A stretch of DNA of 64,000 nt from positions 1,364,001 through 1,428,000 of the forward strand of contig OZ251233.1 of assembly GCA_965240325.2 (NCBI GenBank). The letters run 5' to 3'. Positions 57,256-64,000 of the stretch are shown here, in pieces. Within the stretch, counting starts at the first letter, position 1. Each line of letters opens with the position of its first letter. A program made the position numbers and the translations under genes. Under the pieces are notes generated by a model. The model saw only the letters and a list, made by a program, of their open reading frames with translations, was not told the DNA's origin and searched no databases. The stretch is from Rebecca billardiae RCC1528 (lineage: Eukaryota; Protista; Haptophyta).

Positions 57256-60200
57256 GCGGCCGCGCCCGTCGAGAGCGCGGCCGAGGTGTCTCCCGCGGCA
57301 GGCGTGGCGGCGAGGGCGTGCGAGAAGGTGTACCGCAGCGGTAGGTCCTCGGGGTCGTCTGCCCAGCCCACCGCGAGCAGCGCGAAGCGCGTGCTCACCA
57401 CCTGCCCCACCGCCGGCTCCGCCTGCAGACCGCCGCCGAACGGCGGCCGGTTGGTGAGCGCAGACACGGAGCCGACCGCGGACGCGTTGAGCGCTGCGCT
57501 GGTCACGGTGAGCTCGAAGACGTAGCGCGCGCCGGGGAGGAGCGCGCCCGAGCGGAAGGCGAGCGTGGGCGTCGCGTCGCCCGTCGTCGTCACCGCCGCC
57601 GTGTCGTTCAGCTGCAGCCCGGACGGCACGGGCGCGGCGCCCGAGCCCGCGAACAGCAGCGCGCGCCAGCTGTACGCATAGTGCGCACTGCCGCTCGCCT
57701 CGAGCGCGCGCGATGCGGCGTCGAGCGTGGTGCGCACGACGATGCGCTCGGCGGGCGTGCGCCAGCTGGGGTTGTACTTTGCGCTCGTCAGGGGCACGAA
57801 GCTGATCGCCGGCACGCCTTCGGCCACCACCTCGATCAGCACCGACACGCTGTCAGCGGCGGGCGACGGGAGGGCGCCCGCGTCCGCCGGCTGCGGCTTC
57901 GTGACCCTCACCTGCAGCTCGTACGCACCCGGCGCGAGCGTGAAGGCTGGGAGCTCGAAGACGGGCCCGGTCGCGGCGGCAGCCGCCGCGTCCACCGCGC
58001 TCGCGTTGCCCGAGAGCGTCCCCACCTCGCCCACCCACGCCCAGCTGAAGGCCAGCCCGGCAGAGCCGTCGGCCTCGTTCGGGTCGAACGACGCGGACGC
58101 ATCGACCACGAGCGGGTCGCGCACAGAGACGCGCCGATCGCCGCCAAAGACCGTGGCGCGCAGCGGCTGCTGCTGCGCGACGATCGAGACGAACGCGCTC
58201 GACGCCGCCGACGGGTCCGCCAGCATCCACGCGTCCACCCGGAACACGTACGTGTGCAGCGCGCGCACGCTGAACGGTGGCAGCAGCCACGCGGCGAGCC
58301 GGTCGCCCGCACGCAGCGCCGCCGTCATCGTCGCGTTGTCCAGGGACGCGTCGGCGCCGGTCTCGGTGACGGTGACGCCTTCGACGCTCCACGAGAAGCC
58401 CATCCGCGTGCCCAAGCCCGCCGGCCAGCACGGCGACAGCCTCGAGAGGCCCAGGTCGGCCGAGAGGAGCAGCGGACGGTCCGGCAGCGCGGCGCGCACG
58501 GCCGGGCCGTCCACAGCCACGCTCGGGCTCGCGGGGCCGGCGCGCGCGACGGTGACCGAGGCGATGTCGGAGGTGAGGCCGAGGAAGGAGGTGACGCGCA
58601 GGACGAAGACGTAGCCGAAGCCCGCCGTGCTCGTCAGCCCGTCCAGCCGCAGCACCGCCGTCGAGCGCGGGAGCGCGCCCAGCCGCGCGTTGAGCTCGCC
58701 CGCCTCCTCCGCGCCGAGCGCGCCCGGGTCCGCTCGCCACTCAAACTCGAGAGGCACGATGCCGCCGCCGGAGGAGCCGCTGCCGTCGAGCCGGATGAGC
58801 TCGCCGGGGCAGAGGGAGAGCTCGCGCGGCCCGCTGATCGCAGCGGCCGGCGTCGGGCAGCCCGCCGAGCCGCACGGGTCGTCGACGCTGATGGTCGCGC
58901 TCATCGGCTCGTTGCCGCTCCGAGCGAGCGCGCACTCGGTGGCAGCGGCGCTCGCAGCCGTGCACACGGCGGGGCGCACGACGGCAGCGCGCACGCCGAG
59001 GCTCGAGCCGGGGCGCACGAGGGTGCGCGTGCTCAGCCTCGCCACTAGCGTCGTCGCGTCCTGCCAGTAGCACTCGGGCGCCGTCGCCGAGCCACCGCGA
59101 AGCAGCGCGACGGTCGCATCGTCGAGCACGCGCGCGCACGCGCCGAGTGCCGCGCCCATGCCCGCCCGGTCGGTGGGCTGCGCGTCGAAGTCGAACAACA
59201 GCCGCGTCGCGGACGCGTCGAAGCGAGCGCCCTCGAGGACGGGGCGGTGGACGCCCGTGAACTCGAAGCTCACTGCCGACGACGCGCCCGCCGCCGGCCA
59301 GAACTGCATGCCGTTCAGGGCGACGCGAACCTGCGCGGCGGCCCCCTGCGGACCGCGCGTCGCATCCTGCGTGAGTGACGCATCTTCGACAGCAGCCGGC
59401 GGCACCGCCGCGACCGCGGCGCCGTACGCCACGCGCAGCAGCGAGCCGTGCCCGAACGGCACGAGCGCCGCAAACCCGGCGCCGCTGATCGTCGTGCGCG
59501 TGCCCGCGACGCCGCTCGCCGGCGTGATGGCGCCAACGGTCGGGTTGTTATAGTAGACGAAGTGCATGGCCGAGGTAGACGTGGTCCCTGCGGTGCCACC
59601 GCCGACGGAGAGCTCGAGGGCGAGCGCCGTCGGGCCCGCCGCTGACGGCAGCGTGCAGCGCGCGCGAGAAACGCCGTCAATCGTCGGCAGCAGCTCTGCG
59701 GTCGCTGCGCACGCGGCCGAAACGGAAGGCAGCACGCAGCACAGCAGCCCAGTGCCGTACTGCGCAAAGCCGCTGCCCTGCAGCACGACGGCGGTGCCGC
59801 CGTCGACGGGCCCCGCGGGTGGCACGAGTGCGTGCACGGCGAGCGCGTCATGGCTGTACAGCTCGAGCGACGGCGCCTCGAACAGCGGCGGGACCGCGGT
59901 GGGGCTGTTGGCCAGCACCAGGCCAAGCTGGAACGTGCCGAGGCCGAGGCCGCTCGGGACAGGGCACTGCACCGCGCCGTCACTCAGCACGGTACCGACC
60001 GACGTCTGCGGCTCGGCATCGGCGCCGGCCGGTGCAAAGGTGCACAGCTCATCGCCAGGCGCGTCGACCAAGCCCGAGCCGCGCAGCGTGACCAGCGTGG
60101 ATTCTGCCGAGGCGAGCGGAACGCCCGTCGGCTCAACGCTCCACAGAGATGCACGATACGATGGCGGTGGCGGCGGCGGCGGCGGCGCGTTGGGAGGCGC

Positions 60201-63200
60201 GGGCGGCGGCAGGGGCGGTGGCGCGGGCGGCGGGCTCGGAGGGAGCGGCGGGAGTGGCGGCGGTGGTGGCGATGACGGCGGCGGCTGGCTCGGGGGGGCG
60301 TGCGGCGGTGCCGGAGGCGGGAATGGCTCCGTGCGCGGCGGAGGCGGTGGGCGGGGTGGCGCGCTCGGCGGAGAAGATGGCGGCGGAGATGGGGGCGGGC
60401 TCGGCGGCGACGGCGGCGGGAAGGGCTCCGTGCGCGGCGGAGGCGGTAGGTGGGGTGGCGCGCTCGGCGGAGGAGATGGCGGCGGAGACGGAGGCAGGCT
60501 CGGCGGCGACGGCGGCGGGAAGGGCTCCGTGCGTGGCGGCGGTGGCGGCAGAGGGGGCGGCTTCACCGGAGGCGGCGAATGCGGCGTCGACGGCGGATTC
60601 GCAACCACAGGCGCGGCGACAACCAGCACGCCAAGGGCACGCGAGAGCTCATCCAGATCGGTGGGCGAGGACGATGTCGCCCCTGGCGTGAGGAGGGCGG
60701 CGGCGTCCACTGCCAACTCGCCTGCCGCGGTGTTTGTTGTGAGAGCGACCAACACGCGCACCGGCCCGGGCCCTCCGGCCTCGGCCTCGACCGATTCGAT
60801 ACGCACGCGCGCGGAGTCCACGCCAAGCTGCGCGCTGAGCGCAAGCAGCACAGCATCCATCGCACTCGCAAACTCTGTGATCGTGACATTGAGCGTCAGT
60901 GCAAAGTACTGCGCCGACTGCCCTTCGAGAGGCGGTGGGGTGGGCGGCGGTGGCGGCGAAGGTGGATGCGACGGCGCCGCCGGTGGCCGAGGCGGAAAGG
61001 GCGGTGGCAGTGGAGGAGCTGGCGGCGGCGACGGCGGCACGTGCGCATGTGGCGACGTCAGCACAGGCACGCCCAGACTCGCCGACAGCTCCTCCAGGCT
61101 CGCAGGCGAAGCCTCCGTCGCGCCGGGCGTGAGCGCGGCCACAGGATCGACCACCGCCACCTCGTCCAAAAGCGGCGATGTCGTCAGCTTGAACACGACC
61201 GACACACTGCCGTCAGTGTTCGTCCCCACCGACTCGACGACCACGCGCTCCGGAGCGATGCCCAGCTCGGCCGCGATGGCCGTGCGCACGGCGTCGCTCG
61301 CCGCCATGAACTCGGCCTCGCTCACATCCAGCGTGAGCGAGACGTACTGGTTGCTCACGATGCTGCTGCCACCGCCCGGCGGCGGCGACGGCGGAAGCGG
61401 TGGCGGCGGCGGAGCAGACGGCGGCATGTGAGCCGTCGGCGCGCCCTGCACCACCACGCCAAGCGCCGCCGAAAGCTCGGCCAGGCTCGACGGCGAAGTC
61501 GAGGTGGCGCCTGGCGTCAGAACGCTCACGACGTCCACGCCAGACTCGCCCGCTACCGTGTCCGTCGTCACCTTGATCACCACAGAGACGCCGCCGTCCA
61601 CGGCCACGCTCGTCTCGACGCTCACGCGCGAACCGTCCACGCCAAGCTGAGCCGCAACCGCGGACAGCACGCTGGCTTGGGCAGACGCAAACGCCGACTC
61701 GGTCGTGTCGAGCACCAGCGTCACGTACTGCTCGCTCGAGAAGTCCGGCGGCGGGTACGGCGGCGGTGATGGTGCGACCGGCGGAGCCGAGGGCGGCACG
61801 TGCGTGCGCGGCACCGCGCGCACAGGCACGCCCAGAGCCGTCGACAAAGCGCCCAGACTCGTAGGAGACGATGGCGTCGCGCCCGGCGTGAGCAAAGCGG
61901 CCACGTCCAAGACGGGCTCGCCAGCCGACACGTCGCTCGTCACCTTCACAACCACGCCCAGCAAACCGCCGCCGCCGTCAAGCACAGCCTCGATGCTCAC
62001 GCGCGATGCGTCCACGCCAAGCTCGGCCGCCAAACGCTCCGAGGTGCGCACCGACACAGCCGCGAACGCTGCCGCCGACATGTCGAGCTGCAGAAGCGCG
62101 TACGACTCGGACTCAAAGCGTGGCGGCGGCGAGGGCGAGGGCGGCGGCGGCGGCGGCGAGGGCGGCGTGTGCGAACGGACCGGCTCGACAACAGGCACGC
62201 CCAGCGCGCGCGACAGCTCCGCGAGGTCGGTCGGCGAATCAGGCGTGGCTCCCGGCGTCAACGCCGTCACCGCGTCCACGACCGCATCGCCCGACGCCGA
62301 GTCCGACCGTACCGTGATCACCACGTCGAGCAAGCCGCTCCCTGTCTCCAGAGTGCGCTCCACCGCGAGCTGGCTCGCGTCGACACCCAGCTGAGCCGCA
62401 AGCGCTGCCAGCACGCTCTCCGTCGCGCCGTCGAACTGCACGCTCGTCACGTTCAGCGTCAACGCCACGTACTGCACACTGCCGTCCGACCCAGGCGGCG
62501 GCGACGGCGGCGACGGCGGCGGCGGTGGCGCTGACGGCGCAGCGGGCGGCGAGGGCGGTGGCGACGGCAGCGATGGCGGCGACGGTGGCGGCGACGGCGG
62601 CACGTGCGCGTGTGGCGACGTCAGCACAGGCACGCCCAGACTCGCCGACAGCTCCTCCAGGCTCGCAGGCGAAGCCTCCGTCGCGCCGGGCGTGAGCGCG
62701 GCCACAGGATCGACCACCGCCACCTCGTCCAAAAGCGGCGATGTCGTCAGCTTGAACACGACCGACACACTGCCGTCCGTGTTCGTCCCCACCGACTCGA
62801 CGACCACGCGCTCCGGAGCGATGCCCAGCTCGGCCGCGATGGCCGTGCGCACGGCGTCGCTCGCCGCCGTGAACTCGGCCTCGCTCACATCCAGCGTGAG
62901 CGAGACGTACTGGTTGCTCACGATGCTGCTGCCACCGCCCGGCGGCGGCGACGGCGGAAGCGGTGGCGGCGGCGGAGCAGACGGCGGCATGTGAGCCGTC
63001 GGCGCGCCCTGCACCACCACGCCAAGCGCCGCCGAAAGCTCGGCCAGGCTCGACGGCGAAGTCGAGGTGGCGCCTGGCGTCAGAACGCTCACGACGTCCA
63101 CGCCAGACTCGCCCGCTACCGTGTCCGTCGTCACCTTGATCACCACAGAGACGCCGCCGTCCACGGCCACGCTCGTCTCGACGCTCACGCGCGAACCGTC

Positions 63201-63998
63201 CACGCCAAGCTGAGCCGCAACCGCGGACAGCACGCTGGCTTGGGCAGACGCAAACGCCGACTCGGTCGTGTCGAGCACCAGCGTCACGTACTGCTCGCTC
63301 GAGAAGTCCGGCGGCGGGTACGGCGGCGGTGATGGTGCGACCGGCGGAGCCGAGGGCGGCACGTGCGTGCGCGGCACCGCGCGCACAGGCACGCCCAGAG
63401 CCGTCGACAAAGCGCCCAGACTCGTAGGAGACGATGGCGTCGCGCCCGGCGTGAGCAAAGCGGCCACGTCCAAGACGGGCTCGCCAGCCGACACGTCGCT
63501 CGTCACCTTCACAACCACGCCCAGCAAACCGCCGCCGCCGTCAAGCACAGCCTCGATGCTCACGCGCGATGCGTCCACGCCAAGCTCGGCCGCCAAACGC
63601 TCCGAGGTGCGCACCGACACAGCCGCGAACGCTGCCGCCGACATGTCGAGCTGCAGAAGCGCGTACGACTCGGGCTCAAAGCGTGGCGGCGGCGAGGGCG
63701 AGGGCGGCGGCGGCGGCGGCGAGGGCGGCGTGTGCGAACGGACCGGCTCGACCACAGGCACGCCCAGCGCGCGCGACAGCTCCGCGAGGTCGGTCGGCGA
63801 GTCAGGCGTGGCTCCCGGCGTCAACGCCGTCACCGCGTCCACGACCGCATCGCCCGACGCCGAGTCCGACCGTACCGTGATCACCACGTCGAGCAAGCCG
63901 CTCCCTGTCTCCAGAGTGCGCTCCACCGCGAGCTGGCTCGCGTCGACACCCAGCTGAGCCGCAAGCGCTGCCAGCACGCTCTCCGTCGCGCCGTCGAA
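52044..63998 (-). CDS. Giant polycystin-1-like protein (SEA-like repeats, IPT/TIG, REJ, GAIN/GPS, 5 TM, EF-hand); 5' end outside window
   Basis: Uninterrupted frame >3,980 aa. IPT-like PPAGPVDGGTAVVLQGSGF; REJ-like VVDASASFDPN and NRPPFGG..EPAVG...FALLAVGWADDPEDLPLRYTF; GPS CHYYD...WRSSAC...CSC; HTLL..ERV and WGGAV...EPL helices as in PKD1 TM2-5; EF loop DYDLDGLVTEHE. Confidence 0.85.
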
Positions 63999-64000
63999 CT
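61021..64000. repeat. 1563-bp coding tandem repeat (four about 130-aa subunits per unit)
   Basis: 61021-62437 is nearly identical to 62584-64000; visible amino-acid changes include FEPES/FESES and FTAAS/FMAAS. Confidence 0.95.

Noticed and set aside
52392-63957. Many long plus-strand ORFs opposite the polycystin-like gene
   Set aside because: Stop-poor shadow frames in very high GC sequence; no domains.

Overview
Very GC-rich eukaryotic nuclear DNA with short GC-rich spliceosomal introns (GTGCGC/GTGAGC/GTACGC...CAG). The style suggests a haptophyte alga, possibly Pavlovales; this is inference. Confident genes: RRP45/EXOSC9, ARL8, an Sds3/BRMS1-like Sin3-HDAC subunit, an AXDND1-like protein, an Sfi1-like repeat protein and a Frag1/DRAM-like membrane protein. 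There are also four glycan-active enzymes (Stf0-like sulfotransferase, GT32+LamG, PC-esterase/TBL-like, bacterial-type beta-propeller hydrolase) and an extensin-like type I membrane protein. The most unusual features are (i) two paralogous single-pass receptors with a PPC-like/3xLNR/kringle/8-Cys architecture, near-identical exons and unalignable introns, and (ii) a >3,980-aa polycystin-1-like protein with a higher-order SEA-like repeat array, REJ, a GPS lacking its catalytic residues, an EF-hand and only the first five TM helices. Intergenic DNA holds a nested pair of non-autonomous TIR transposons, other inverted-repeat elements, perfect palindromes, decayed gene fragments and (TA)n tracts placed downstream of many stop codons. 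All calls come from reading motifs by eye; no searches were run.
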